This document shows, in pieces, positions 9,202-18,704 of a stretch of 64,000 nt of DNA. Source of the stretch: Myxococcota bacterium (GTDB taxonomy: Bacteria; Myxococcota_A; UBA9160; UBA6930); contig OZ245015.1 of assembly GCA_965223705.1 (NCBI GenBank), positions 3,360,001 to 3,424,000 of the forward strand, in the 5' to 3' direction. The translations under genes and the position numbers were made by a program. The notes beneath the pieces were generated by a model. It ran no database searches. It worked only from the letters and a program-made list of their open reading frames with translations, and was not told the DNA's origin. How positions within the stretch are numbered: position 1 is the stretch's first letter; each line of letters starts with the position of its first letter.

Positions 9202-9537
9202 ATGTCCGGCGTTGGAACCGAAAAGGTCTTCGAAAACGACAAAGTCATCGTCTGGAATTTCGAACTCGGCCCGGGTGCCGAGACGCCCCTGCACACCCAC
9301 GAGCACAGCTACATGTGGTACGCGATCTCTGGCGCACCCCTCCAAGTTTTTGACGAGAACGGCAAGGATCTGGGGACGCTCGATGTCCCCACCGGTGCCA
9401 CCTTCTCGCTAAAGCTCGACAACGGTGAACTCGAGGTTCTGTCCGAGCCCGGCAAGGGCACGCGGGTCCCGGCGCGCCACAAAGCGCGCAACGCGGGCAC
9501 GACGACGTACCGAGAGGTCTTGGTCGAGTACAAGTAG
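9202..9537 (+). CDS. Cupin-domain protein
   Basis: FENDKVIVWNFELGPGAETPLHTHEH...H...N...EVLVEYK, with GAGGAGG RBS. Confidence 0.8.
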   Translation: MSGVGTEKVFENDKVIVWNFELGPGAETPLHTHEHSYMWYAISGAPLQVFDENGKDLGTLDVPTGATFSLKLDNGELEVLSEPGKGTRVPARHKARNAGTTTYREVLVEYK

Positions 9538-9546
9538 GTGGCGCCT

Positions 9547-9830
9547 GTGACGGAGCCCACCATCGAGTACTTCTACTCCGCGCACTCGGCGTTTGCCTAC
9601 CTGGGTTCGGCTCGCTTTCTCTCCCTGGTGAAGAGCCATGGGAGACGTGTCGCTCACCGCCTGATCGACCTCGACCGTGTGGTCGAAACCGTCGGCGCCG
9701 GACCGTTCCGGGCTCGCTCCGCAGCACATGTCGCGTATTTCTTTGGCCGCGAAATAGAGCGTTGGAGTTGTTCTACGCGCAGGATTGCCTGGAGATGATG
9801 GAGCGTGCGCTCGATCGGCCCTATCGCTAG
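9547..9830 (+). pseudogene. Internally deleted HCCA isomerase / DsbA (kappa-GST) gene
   Basis: The N-terminus (IEYFYSAHSAFAYLG...REIERWS) joins out of frame at GGAGT (9764-9768) to the family C-terminus ELFYAQDCLEMMERALDRPYR* (9765-9830). The middle of the gene is missing. Confidence 0.75.
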
Positions 9831-9845
9831 GACGCCGAGTCCCTC

Positions 9846-11258
9846 GTGAAAAACGTCGCCTCCGCAGAACCCGATCCGCTTCTCCTCCCAATTCTCGTCG
9901 GTGCCATTGCGATCGGCGTAGCGCTGCGCGCCTATGGCGTTGGCACCTGGGAGCTCCGGGGAGACGAACTCTTCACGCTGAGCTACGCCCAGACCGATCC
10001 GGGGAAGCGGGGATTCTTCTCCTTCTACTACTACGTGGTGGCGGGACTCCTTCCGCTCTTTCAAAACGAGATCCTCGCTGTCCGCCTTCCCGCCGCGGTT
10101 GCAGGTGTTTTCGGCCTTGGGGCGTTTTTCGTGTTCGCGCGTGAGGCGGTCGGTCATCGTTCGGCGATTCTGGGGACCTTGGTCCTTTCGTTCAGTCACC
10201 ATCATGTAGAGCTCTCACAGTTCGCCCGGTACTACTCCGCGGTTTTCATGTTTGCGGCACTCAACGGGTGGCTGTTTCTCGTCTTCGTACGCACGGGCTC
10301 CGTTGCGTCCTTCGTGGGAAGTGCCCTCGCCGGAATCGCTGCGACCGCGAACCACCCAGCGGCCGCGTTGGTTTTCGTCGCGACCGGGGGATACGCGTTG
10401 TTGGGTTTGATCTTCCGCGATCTCCTACCGCATGCGAGTGCGAGGAAAATCGTGTGGGTTGCCGGCGTCGTCGCGGTCCTGGGCGTCTACGTGATCTTTC
10501 CGAGCGACATCGTTTCGGCGTGGGTCGTCGACCGGCGATGGGACAACCAACCCTGGGCCATGATCCCCCTGCTGGCTTTCAACCACTACACCGTTCCTGT
10601 GTTCGTTGCAGCGGGCTTCGGCCTGTGGACGCTCCTCACCGGAGATGTTCCCAAGGTGGGTCTGCTCGCGACCCTCGCTGTGGCGAGTGGGTTGGCCGTG
10701 TTGGCAATCGCCAACCTCTTTATCAACTTCTCGTTGCTTTATCTCACCTCGATCATGCCGTGGTTCTTTCTCAGCCTGGCCTCAGTTTCAGGACACATCT
10801 ACGAGCGAGTCCGAGCCGAAAGCGTTTGCGTCGCGCTCGCAATGCCAGCTGTCTTGATCGCCGCCCAGCTTCCTTCGCTCGCCTCGCACTTTCTGGAACG
10901 GCGCAACATTTCTCCGCAAGAGGCCTTCGCACTCGTCGCAGATCAAGCAGCTCCGGGTGATGTCGTCGACGGTATGTTCCCCCAGTCGGTCGACCTCAGT
11001 CATGTCGTCAAAGCCCCTTATTTGGCGGAGCCATACGACCGAACCTTCGACTGGAAGACCCACCTCGACGCATACCTGGAACAAGACCGGACTGTCTGGT
11101 TCGTCCACGAGCTTCCGCGAACCGGATACGCGCCCGCATTCGAGGATTGGCTCGTCCGGCACGCCGAGCGCGTGTACTACCGGCGCGCGCACCGCATCGA
11201 TCGGCGTGCCGTCTCCATGGTCGTCTGGAAGCGAAGCCCTGTGCCGAAGATCCGGTGA
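9846..11258 (+). CDS. GT-C fold membrane glycosyltransferase (GT39/PMT_2-like)
   Basis: DE motif after TM1 (LRGDELFT), RLPA, SQFARYYS, about 11 TM segments and a soluble C-terminal tail. Confidence 0.75.
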   Translation: MKNVASAEPDPLLLPILVGAIAIGVALRAYGVGTWELRGDELFTLSYAQTDPGKRGFFSFYYYVVAGLLPLFQNEILAVRLPAAVAGVFGLGAFFVFAREAVGHRSAILGTLVLSFSHHHVELSQFARYYSAVFMFAALNGWLFLVFVRTGSVASFVGSALAGIAATANHPAAALVFVATGGYALLGLIFRDLLPHASARKIVWVAGVVAVLGVYVIFPSDIVSAWVVDRRWDNQPWAMIPLLAFNHYTVPVFVAAGFGLWTLLTGDVPKVGLLATLAVASGLAVLAIANLFINFSLLYLTSIMPWFFLSLASVSGHIYERVRAESVCVALAMPAVLIAAQLPSLASHFLERRNISPQEAFALVADQAAPGDVVDGMFPQSVDLSHVVKAPYLAEPYDRTFDWKTHLDAYLEQDRTVWFVHELPRTGYAPAFEDWLVRHAERVYYRRAHRIDRRAVSMVVWKRSPVPKIR

Positions 11259-11323
11259 GAGTTGCGATTCCCGGTGAGCTCGCGTTCAATGGCGCGAGCA
11301 CGCGGCCATGAGGAACGCTCTCC

Positions 11324-12991
11324 ATGCGCAGAACAAGCCGTCCGGGTTCCCCGAGCGACGCTGCACCCGAAGGTTTTCCGCCGGGCCATTTCTATTCTCC
11401 GATTCCGTCGCTCGGAGAGCTTCGTCAACGGGAGGACCGCCTTTTCGGACCACCTCCGCCTGCGCTGGCTGGGATTGATCTCAGGAGACAGGCTCAACTC
11501 GACCTCCTGTCCGAACTCGCGCCGTTCTGCGAGGAGCAACCCTTTCGGGAAGGATCTTCGGCCCGGCGCTTTCGTGCGAGCAACCCGAATTTCGGTTTGG
11601 GCGAGGCCGTGCTCCTGCAGGCGGTGATTCGCCGTCTTCGCTCGCGACGCGTAGTTGAAGTGGGAGCGGGCTACACCACCTGTGCTCTTCTCGACACCAA
11701 CGAACTCTATTTCAATGGCTCTCTCGAACACACCGTCGTAGAGCCGTACCCGGAGTTGCTGGGTCGTCTGCTGCGCCCGGAAGATCAGACGAGTATCGAA
11801 CTGCTGCGAACACCGGTACAAGACGTGGATATGGCGGTGTTCGACGCGTTGGAAGCCAACGACGTGCTGTTCGTTGACTCCTCACATGTCTCGAAGGTCG
11901 GGAGCGATGTCAACCATCTCGTTTTCGAGATCCTTCCCCGACTGTCGGAAGGTGTGTGGATCCACTTCCACGATATCGCGTACCCGTTCGAGTACCCGAG
12001 AGAGTGGGTCCACGAAGGACGCGCTTGGACGGAGACCTATCTCCTTCGGGCGTTCCTTTCCTACAACAAGGCTTTCGCGATTCGTCTCTTTGCTTCCTAT
12101 CTAGCCCACATCGAGTTCGACCGATTCTCGGCGGAGCTACCCCAGGTCGCGAGGCAACCTGGAACGAGTCTCTGGCTCGAGCGCGTTGGGGAGCAACCCT
12201 CCGCGGATTCGACCGAACTCCACCTGGCCTACGAACCCGACCTGGTCCCACCGATTTCCTTGACGCGTTCCGAAGGCATCGAGGTAGCGGAAGATTGGTT
12301 TCGATGGGCAGAAGAATGGAGTGTGTTGTTGCGGGTCTACGCCGGACTCGGACGCACCAGCGACGTCCTTGAAATCGGTTGCGGCCTCGGTCGCGTAGCG
12401 TTTGCACTGCGGTATGTGCTCGATCGAGGGTCGTACTGTGGCTTCGAAATAGGCGAAGAGAAGGTTCGGTTTCTGAAGCGCCACTTCGAGCCGGCGCACC
12501 CGAATTTCCGCTTCGAATGGGCCGATGTCTTCAACGGTTTCTACAACCCGCAGGGAACCGTTGCTGCGGATTCGTACCGTTTTCCTTACGAAGGCGACCG
12601 GTTCGACGTCGTGTACGCCGCCTCGGTCTTCACGCACATGGTTCCCGCGGCTGTGGCACGGTATATCGGTGAAACGCAACGCGTACTCCGCGCAGGCGGG
12701 CACGCTCTCTTCAGTTTTTTCCTGCTGGACCACTACGATCCGAGCCGTCGGCGACCGGTGGGCTTCGATCATGAGCGGTTCCAGTTTCCGGAAACGCCCG
12801 AGTCCCAAGGTTTCGCGACCGTCGTTCCCGACACGCCCGATCAGATGACGGCCTACTGGCTCTCGACGGTGCGGGACTTCGCAACGGAAGCCGGGTTGGA
12901 GCTCGTTCGCGAACCCATCCCGGGCCTCTGGTCGGGGGCCACGTCGCGCTGGATCGGTGCGCAGGATCTCGTATTACTGAGGAAGCCGTGA
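11324..12991 (+). CDS. Tandem double class I SAM-dependent methyltransferase
   Basis: Domain 1: VEVGAGYTT, LFVDSSH, IHFHDI. Domain 2: VLEIGCGLGR, FDVVYAASVFTH. Confidence 0.8.
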   Translation: MRRTSRPGSPSDAAPEGFPPGHFYSPIPSLGELRQREDRLFGPPPPALAGIDLRRQAQLDLLSELAPFCEEQPFREGSSARRFRASNPNFGLGEAVLLQAVIRRLRSRRVVEVGAGYTTCALLDTNELYFNGSLEHTVVEPYPELLGRLLRPEDQTSIELLRTPVQDVDMAVFDALEANDVLFVDSSHVSKVGSDVNHLVFEILPRLSEGVWIHFHDIAYPFEYPREWVHEGRAWTETYLLRAFLSYNKAFAIRLFASYLAHIEFDRFSAELPQVARQPGTSLWLERVGEQPSADSTELHLAYEPDLVPPISLTRSEGIEVAEDWFRWAEEWSVLLRVYAGLGRTSDVLEIGCGLGRVAFALRYVLDRGSYCGFEIGEEKVRFLKRHFEPAHPNFRFEWADVFNGFYNPQGTVAADSYRFPYEGDRFDVVYAASVFTHMVPAAVARYIGETQRVLRAGGHALFSFFLLDHYDPSRRRPVGFDHERFQFPETPESQGFATVVPDTPDQMTAYWLSTVRDFATEAGLELVREPIPGLWSGATSRWIGAQDLVLLRKP

Positions 12992-14191
12992 TTCGTCTGA
13001 AGTTTCTTCGAGGCGATGCCGGTCGGCCATGCGACGCGAGCGCCGGTAGGCGATCGGCGCGGACAGCATGCCGCGCAGCTCTCTAGACGCGAGTCTCAAT
13101 GTCTCGCGGTCGCGATACCGCACCCCTCGCCAAATGCGGCGAAGAAGCCAGCCGCCAATCCAATCCCGCAACGCGAAGCGAGCGACGTTCCGTCGCTCGC
13201 CCGGGGAACGACGCGACACGGTCATTAGGTAGGACGCAAACGAGCGACCGTTGTCGTAGATCTGTCGGTTCAGGGAAGACAGATCCCGTCGATGCACATG
13301 GCGAACGAAGGCCATCGGCTCGTAGCGGAGCATGCGCCCTGAGGAGACAACTCGCTCGAGAAATTCGATATCACCGGCGCCGCGAGTGGGTGTACCCGCG
13401 TCTAGTGCAACATCAAAATCCCCGACTGCCTCGAACACGCTGCGGCGGAAGGCCATGTTTGTCCCAACACCCCAACTGCTCGCCCAGTACCGCTCGGACG
13501 CTGAAAGCTCCTCGCGCCGTATGGAGAACGGTCGGAACCCTTTGCCCATCCCCCCGTAGCGTTCGAAGTCGAGCTGCGCCTGCGTCTCGAGCTCGGCGGG
13601 AAGTACCAGACCGGTCACCACACTCACCTCTGGATCGCTGAATCCTCGAGCGATGCCCAGGAGCCAACCTCTCGACGCGATCGCATCGTCGTCGACGAAA
13701 GCGACGATCGGATTCTTGCTCGCTCGGATGCCACAGTTGCGCGCCCAGTCGAGCCCTTGACGCGTTTCGCGTATATGGGGCAATCCCGCAGCGGCGATCG
13801 TCTGAGCGACCGCTGGTTCTTTCGATCCGTTGTCGACGACGACGACCTCGTAGTCCGGATAGTCCAGCCCGGCGAGGGCATCGAGACACCGTTTCAGCGA
13901 GAGAGGCCGATCGCGCGTACAGACGACAACGCTGATCCCGGGCTTGTCGGAGATCGCCGGTTCGAGTGTGCCAGCGGTACTCCGTTCGAGCAGCTCCCAA
14001 CCGAGGTAGTCCGCTGCTGATTGGCGGAGAGCTCGGGGGGAGATCTGTCGGTTGGGTGGTGCTTCGAGGCTCACGTTGCCCAGCGGAAGCGGGCCCCAAG
14101 TAAAGGTGGCGAGCAGCTGGTCATACCGCCAGTCGATGAAGAGCCGCTCGAGCGGGCGAGACAGGTCGATCGTGGCGACGCGGGTCAGCAA
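12974..14191 (-). CDS. Glycosyltransferase family 2
   Basis: SVVVCTRDRP, VVVDNGS, AFVDDD and GTNMAFRR. The TTG start overlaps the upstream stop; exact start uncertain. Confidence 0.88.
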   Translation of the reverse strand: MLTRVATIDLSRPLERLFIDWRYDQLLATFTWGPLPLGNVSLEAPPNRQISPRALRQSAADYLGWELLERSTAGTLEPAISDKPGISVVVCTRDRPLSLKRCLDALAGLDYPDYEVVVVDNGSKEPAVAQTIAAAGLPHIRETRQGLDWARNCGIRASKNPIVAFVDDDAIASRGWLLGIARGFSDPEVSVVTGLVLPAELETQAQLDFERYGGMGKGFRPFSIRREELSASERYWASSWGVGTNMAFRRSVFEAVGDFDVALDAGTPTRGAGDIEFLERVVSSGRMLRYEPMAFVRHVHRRDLSSLNRQIYDNGRSFASYLMTVSRRSPGERRNVARFALRDWIGGWLLRRIWRGVRYRDRETLRLASRELRGMLSAPIAYRRSRRMADRHRLEETSDESRLPQ

Positions 14192-15426
14192 CGGTCGACC
14201 TCGGGGCGCTGACCCTTTGCCCAAGCGAGGGCAAGCCCTGGAACAAATCGGTTGCGCGCGGCGTCACGCAGAGCGCCCCGCAAGTGGGCCTCGCCGATCG
14301 GCTCAACGCCGGGCTCCGGCCCGAGCACCAAGCATTCTACGTCGTCCACGCGAATGCGGAGCCCATTCCGGGTGCCACTCGAAAGGAGCGGACCGAGCAG
14401 GTCCGGAGGCGGCAGGTCCAAGAGGTCGATCTCCACGACATCGCATCCAAGGGGGCGCGGCAGCGGTCCATCCTGAACCCATGAGGCGAATCCCCTGCCG
14501 CCAAGTGCCTCGGACACGCCGCTCCAGTAGTGATATTCGCGAAGCCAGGCGATGGCCTCACGCCAGCGGCTTCGAAGACGGAGGGACTCACAACAAAACG
14601 ACCAGCGGAGCCACGCCGACTTGAGCGCCCTTCCCAGTTTCGCGTCCGACATCGCGAGGCGTCGCGCGGAACGGACGAACCTCGGTCCGTGCGCGTCGAT
14701 GCTTCCAAAAAAGTGTCCACGGAACTCTGGGTACTCCTCCGCGAGCTGCACCTCGGCATGCCCTTCCGCGCGCAGTCTGCCCAGCCATTCGGGCAAATCG
14801 ACCGACTCGTGATGCCATGCCAGCGCGTTTGGTTCGTGCCGGATCTTCGTCCCCCGCCCGATCAACCGAAGTCCGAGTTCGTAGTCTTCGATCCTCCGGT
14901 AGCGGGCGTCGAACCCCCCGACATCGAAAAATACATCGCGTTTGATCGCGAGGTTTCCGCTAAAGACGTCCCGGTAGTTGAAGCGGTGTCCGGGCCGACG
15001 CATCTCTCGGTAACGGTCCTCCCACCACATCCGAGCATCGAGCTGCCACCAACTGGGGTTTTCGGGAAGGACGGCGCTCGAGTACCCGACGACCACCGAG
15101 CTGCTCCGCAATGCGTCACGGTGCGCCGCAAGCCATTCGGGAGAAGGCTCGACATCGTCGTCGAGGAACACGAGGTGTTCACCGAGGGCGTGCTCGGCGC
15201 CGACATTCCGGCTGCGCGCAGCACTCCTCGCGTCGTGAGAGGTCAACCTCAACGGAAACGAAACGTCGTCGAGCGCCGAGACCCAGTCAGCGGTGCCGTC
15301 CGTGCAGGTATCAGCCACCACCACGACTTCGAACTCGGAGGGATGGAGCGTCTGTTTTGCGAGGGCGTCAAGAGTTCTGCGCAGCGACTCCGATCGATTG
15401 TGAGTCGGTATCACGACGCTCAACAT
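14185..15426 (-). CDS. Glycosyltransferase family 2
   Basis: LSVVIPTHNR, VFLDDD, SGNLAI and EDYELGLR. Confidence 0.9.
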   Translation of the reverse strand: MLSVVIPTHNRSESLRRTLDALAKQTLHPSEFEVVVVADTCTDGTADWVSALDDVSFPLRLTSHDARSAARSRNVGAEHALGEHLVFLDDDVEPSPEWLAAHRDALRSSSVVVGYSSAVLPENPSWWQLDARMWWEDRYREMRRPGHRFNYRDVFSGNLAIKRDVFFDVGGFDARYRRIEDYELGLRLIGRGTKIRHEPNALAWHHESVDLPEWLGRLRAEGHAEVQLAEEYPEFRGHFFGSIDAHGPRFVRSARRLAMSDAKLGRALKSAWLRWSFCCESLRLRSRWREAIAWLREYHYWSGVSEALGGRGFASWVQDGPLPRPLGCDVVEIDLLDLPPPDLLGPLLSSGTRNGLRIRVDDVECLVLGPEPGVEPIGEAHLRGALRDAARNRFVPGLALAWAKGQRPEVDRC

Positions 15427-16625
15427 GGGGGAGCCTCGCCGCCGGAACTCCTCTTTCCGATTGCGGTCTGGCGTTTCAGATGGCGCCGGGATCGCAGATA
15501 GAGAAGCGGCCCGGCGAAGGCACCGAACAACTCCGCCGCGGCGACGCGAAGCGGTGGGCTCCCCGGGTGTCCGATCACCGAGCGAAGAAAGGCCCGCCCG
15601 GGCCCCGACCACAAGTACGCGAGACCGATCTTGAGGACGCCAAAATCTCGCTCTTCGAGTAGGGCGCGCGTCCACCACGCAAACACGCCCGAGCCATAGG
15701 CCGCCGAAACGTCGGATAGCGCCTGCTCGTCGCTGCGGTGGCGGTGCCAAACGAGCGCCCGCGGCTCGTACACGATCCGAAGGCCGCGCGCCAAAACGCG
15801 GTAGAAAAATTCGTGATCTTCACCGCAGCGGGTGAGTGTCCCCGGGCCGAGCGCTTCGTCGAAGACTCCGATCTCGTCGAGCGCCGAGCGTCGTATCACC
15901 ATGTTGACCGAGGCCCCCGCGAGACCTGCTGCGAGAGGTGTCAGCTGGTGGCGATCGAACTCTCGCCGCTCGTAGCCGCGACAAAATCCGTGGGCCTTCT
16001 CGAACCAGACCTGGGCGGGGGTCTCGAGCTCGAGGGGCATGGTGGCACCGGTCACGACCGCGACGAGCGGATCGGCGAAGCACCGCGAAACTCGTGTGAG
16101 CCACCTCGAATCGGGAACCGCGTCGTCGTCCGTGAACGCGACGAGCTCGGTCCGAGTCTCCCGAATCCCGCGATTGCGAGCCGCCGCCGCCCCTGGGCGC
16201 AGCTCCCGTACGTACCGAACCCCCGGCGTGCGATCCACGAGGGCCCGGGTCCGCTCGTCGCTCGGCGCATTGTCGACGACGAGGATGTCGGAGACCGGCG
16301 GGTCCATCGCCAGTAGGCCGTCAAGGCATCTCGCCAAGTCTTCGGGCCGGTCGCGGGTGCATACGACGACGGACAGATCGGTGGGTCCTCCGGACTGGAA
16401 TTCGGCTTCTTCGATCTTGCTCAGCCATGCGGGCCAGGCGCAGCGCCGGGCGGCCTGATCGAGGGATTCCGCGTCCAGTCGGCCGTCTCGCACGGGCAAC
16501 CAAGCTTGGCCGACCACCGCTTCGTCTTGGCGAAACACGACGAAAGCTTCCGGATACGGATCGAGGTCGTGGAGCTCCGTCGGAAGGGAGGCGAGTTGAA
16601 CCTCGCGAACAGCGGCTACAGACAA
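15420..16625 (-). CDS. Glycosyltransferase family 2
   Basis: SVVVCTRDRP, VVDNAPS, AFTDDD and GEDHEFF. Confidence 0.9.
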   Translation of the reverse strand: MSVAAVREVQLASLPTELHDLDPYPEAFVVFRQDEAVVGQAWLPVRDGRLDAESLDQAARRCAWPAWLSKIEEAEFQSGGPTDLSVVVCTRDRPEDLARCLDGLLAMDPPVSDILVVDNAPSDERTRALVDRTPGVRYVRELRPGAAAARNRGIRETRTELVAFTDDDAVPDSRWLTRVSRCFADPLVAVVTGATMPLELETPAQVWFEKAHGFCRGYERREFDRHQLTPLAAGLAGASVNMVIRRSALDEIGVFDEALGPGTLTRCGEDHEFFYRVLARGLRIVYEPRALVWHRHRSDEQALSDVSAAYGSGVFAWWTRALLEERDFGVLKIGLAYLWSGPGRAFLRSVIGHPGSPPLRVAAAELFGAFAGPLLYLRSRRHLKRQTAIGKRSSGGEAPPC

Positions 16626-16718
16626 CGCGAGAACTCCGCAGGTGACCGTCTATGACAACACAGTCAAGGCCGCCAGACAACACCCGGGTCGCGGTGCAGA
16701 AGGCGGTACTGTAGGGCG

Positions 16719-18704
16719 ATGTCCGACGGAAGCCGGGTCGCCGTCCGTGATGTAGACGTGCGACGCGTGGAAAGTCTTGAGGGGCTCGCCGCATATGGGG
16801 CGGTCGAGGTGCTTTTCCGCGACCAGGGCGTTCCTGTGGGCCGAGCCCGGCTCCTAGCTCCGAGTGCGAGGCTCCGTGCCGAGGCGATCCGGAAGGCGTG
16901 TCCACCCTTCCCGAAGGGCGACCGAACAGCCCGAACCCCCGGGATCATCCCGACACTCAGCGTCGCCGTCTGCACTCGCGATCGGCCTCGAGAGCTCGCT
17001 GCCGCGCTAACGACTCTCGCCCGCCAGGAGACCCCGCCGCTCGAAATCCTCGTCGTCGAGAACGGCGAGGCCGGCGAGACGCGCGCGGTAGTGCAGCGCT
17101 GTCTTCCCTCCGCGCGCTTCTTGCATGAGCCCGAAGCCGGTTTGGACTTTGCGCGCAATCGCGCCCTGATGGCCGCGGGCGGTGACCTGATCGCCTTTCT
17201 CGACGACGACGCCGAGGCGGATCCGCAATGGGCCGGCCGCATTGTCGAGGCGTTCGCGAACGATGCGGAAATCGGGGCCTTGACCGGCCTCACGATGCCC
17301 CTCGAGCTCGAGACGACGGCCCAGTGTTTGTTCGAGGCCAACGGTGGATACGGACGCGGGTTCGAAGTCCGACGCGTTCGGAGGCACGAGGGCATGTGGC
17401 ATGAGCTACTGCGTCCACTTCCCGCCCGAGTGCTCAACAGTGGGAATGGTTGCAACATGGCGTTTCGCGTGTCCGTCCTGCGCGCCGTTTCCGGGTTTGA
17501 TCCGGCGCTTGACGCCGGGCCTCCACTGCCCGGAGGCGGAGACCTCGACGCGCTTCTGCGAGTTTGCCAAGCCGGGCACGACATCCTCTACGAACCGCGT
17601 GCTCTGGTGCGACATCGACACCGCCGAACACTCGATGCCATGGACAAGCAGCTCGCGGGCCACCACCGCGCCGGAGTCGCCTACTTGGTCAAGAGCGTGG
17701 CGGGCGCTTCCGGAATCGCGCGACTCGGCGGCGTACTCTTCCTGATCTGGCGTCTTGTCAAGAATCCACTTCGGTTGTTGCGCTCCTGTGTGGGTCTCGA
17801 TCCCCTTCCGCCGCGCACACTCGCGGCTATGTCGAAGGCAGCCGTCGCAGGGCTGGGTAGCTACTCGTTGTCAAAAGCTCGCCAACGGCGGCACGTCCGG
17901 CGCCATGGCGGTCGTCCGCCGAACGCCCGCTCACAGGCCATCGACACGTGGCTCCACCGCGAGCTTGTCTGGCGACTCACCCAAAGGGATCTCAAAGCAA
18001 AGTATCAGGGTTCGTGGTTGGGCTTTCTTTGGACGTTGATCAACCCCCTGGTCACGATCGGCGTGATGGTTGTCGTCTTCTCACAGATCGTGCGGATTCC
18101 CGTGGACCGCTACTGGGCCTTTTTGTTGAGCGGCTATTTCGTGTGGTCATTCTTCGCGCAGACGCTCACCGGTGGCGTCCAAAGCGCCGCAGGAAACGCC
18201 TATCTGACCCGCAGTGCGTGGTTTCCGCAGGAATCGCTGGTGCTCGCCGCCGGAATCGCGCGCTTCCTCGAGTTCGCCATCGAGATGACCATCGTGGCGG
18301 TCGTGTTGGCAATCTTTCATCACGGCGCCATTCCCGCCTCCTACCTGGCTCTGCCCATCATCGTCCCCGCTCTGTTCATCGTTGTCATCGGCGTCGCTTT
18401 TCCGATCGCCGCACTCGCCGTCTACTACGTCGATACCGTCCACGCCTTGCCCTTGGCGATCGCAGCTCTTTTCTACGCGACGCCCGTTTTCTACCCGTTG
18501 AGCATCGTTCCCGAGCCGCTGCGCGCGTTCTTCGCACTGAATCCCATGGCGTTCCTGATCGATCTGTTTCACGACACCCTCTACAAGGGCGTGCTTCCGA
18601 GCTCGGCCGAGCTGGGGCTGACCGTCCTCGGCGGCATTGCTATCGCGGGGACCGGCTACTGGCTCTTCAACCGTCACAAGCGCAACTTTGCGGAGTTGTT
18701 GTGA
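16719..18704 (+). CDS. wzm: GT2 glycosyltransferase fused to an ABC-2 polysaccharide export permease (Wzm)
   Basis: One ORF carries GT2 motifs (VCTRDRP, FLDDD, GCNMAFR) and, from about 17930, Wzm motifs (RDLKAKYQGSWLGFLWTLINP, FYATPVFYP, LNPM, FAELL). Confidence 0.85.
   Translation: MSDGSRVAVRDVDVRRVESLEGLAAYGAVEVLFRDQGVPVGRARLLAPSARLRAEAIRKACPPFPKGDRTARTPGIIPTLSVAVCTRDRPRELAAALTTLARQETPPLEILVVENGEAGETRAVVQRCLPSARFLHEPEAGLDFARNRALMAAGGDLIAFLDDDAEADPQWAGRIVEAFANDAEIGALTGLTMPLELETTAQCLFEANGGYGRGFEVRRVRRHEGMWHELLRPLPARVLNSGNGCNMAFRVSVLRAVSGFDPALDAGPPLPGGGDLDALLRVCQAGHDILYEPRALVRHRHRRTLDAMDKQLAGHHRAGVAYLVKSVAGASGIARLGGVLFLIWRLVKNPLRLLRSCVGLDPLPPRTLAAMSKAAVAGLGSYSLSKARQRRHVRRHGGRPPNARSQAIDTWLHRELVWRLTQRDLKAKYQGSWLGFLWTLINPLVTIGVMVVVFSQIVRIPVDRYWAFLLSGYFVWSFFAQTLTGGVQSAAGNAYLTRSAWFPQESLVLAAGIARFLEFAIEMTIVAVVLAIFHHGAIPASYLALPIIVPALFIVVIGVAFPIAALAVYYVDTVHALPLAIAALFYATPVFYPLSIVPEPLRAFFALNPMAFLIDLFHDTLYKGVLPSSAELGLTVLGGIAIAGTGYWLFNRHKRNFAELL

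Noticed and set aside
9796..9801. TGA ending the HCCA-isomerase fragment as a second Sec codon
   Set aside because: It is not in a redox motif, read-through gives nothing family-like, and the true C-terminus is in another frame.
16702..16710. GGCGGTAC as an ops/JUMPstart element before the glycan genes
   Set aside because: It mismatches GGCGGTAG, has no JUMPstart context, and is likely by chance at this GC content.
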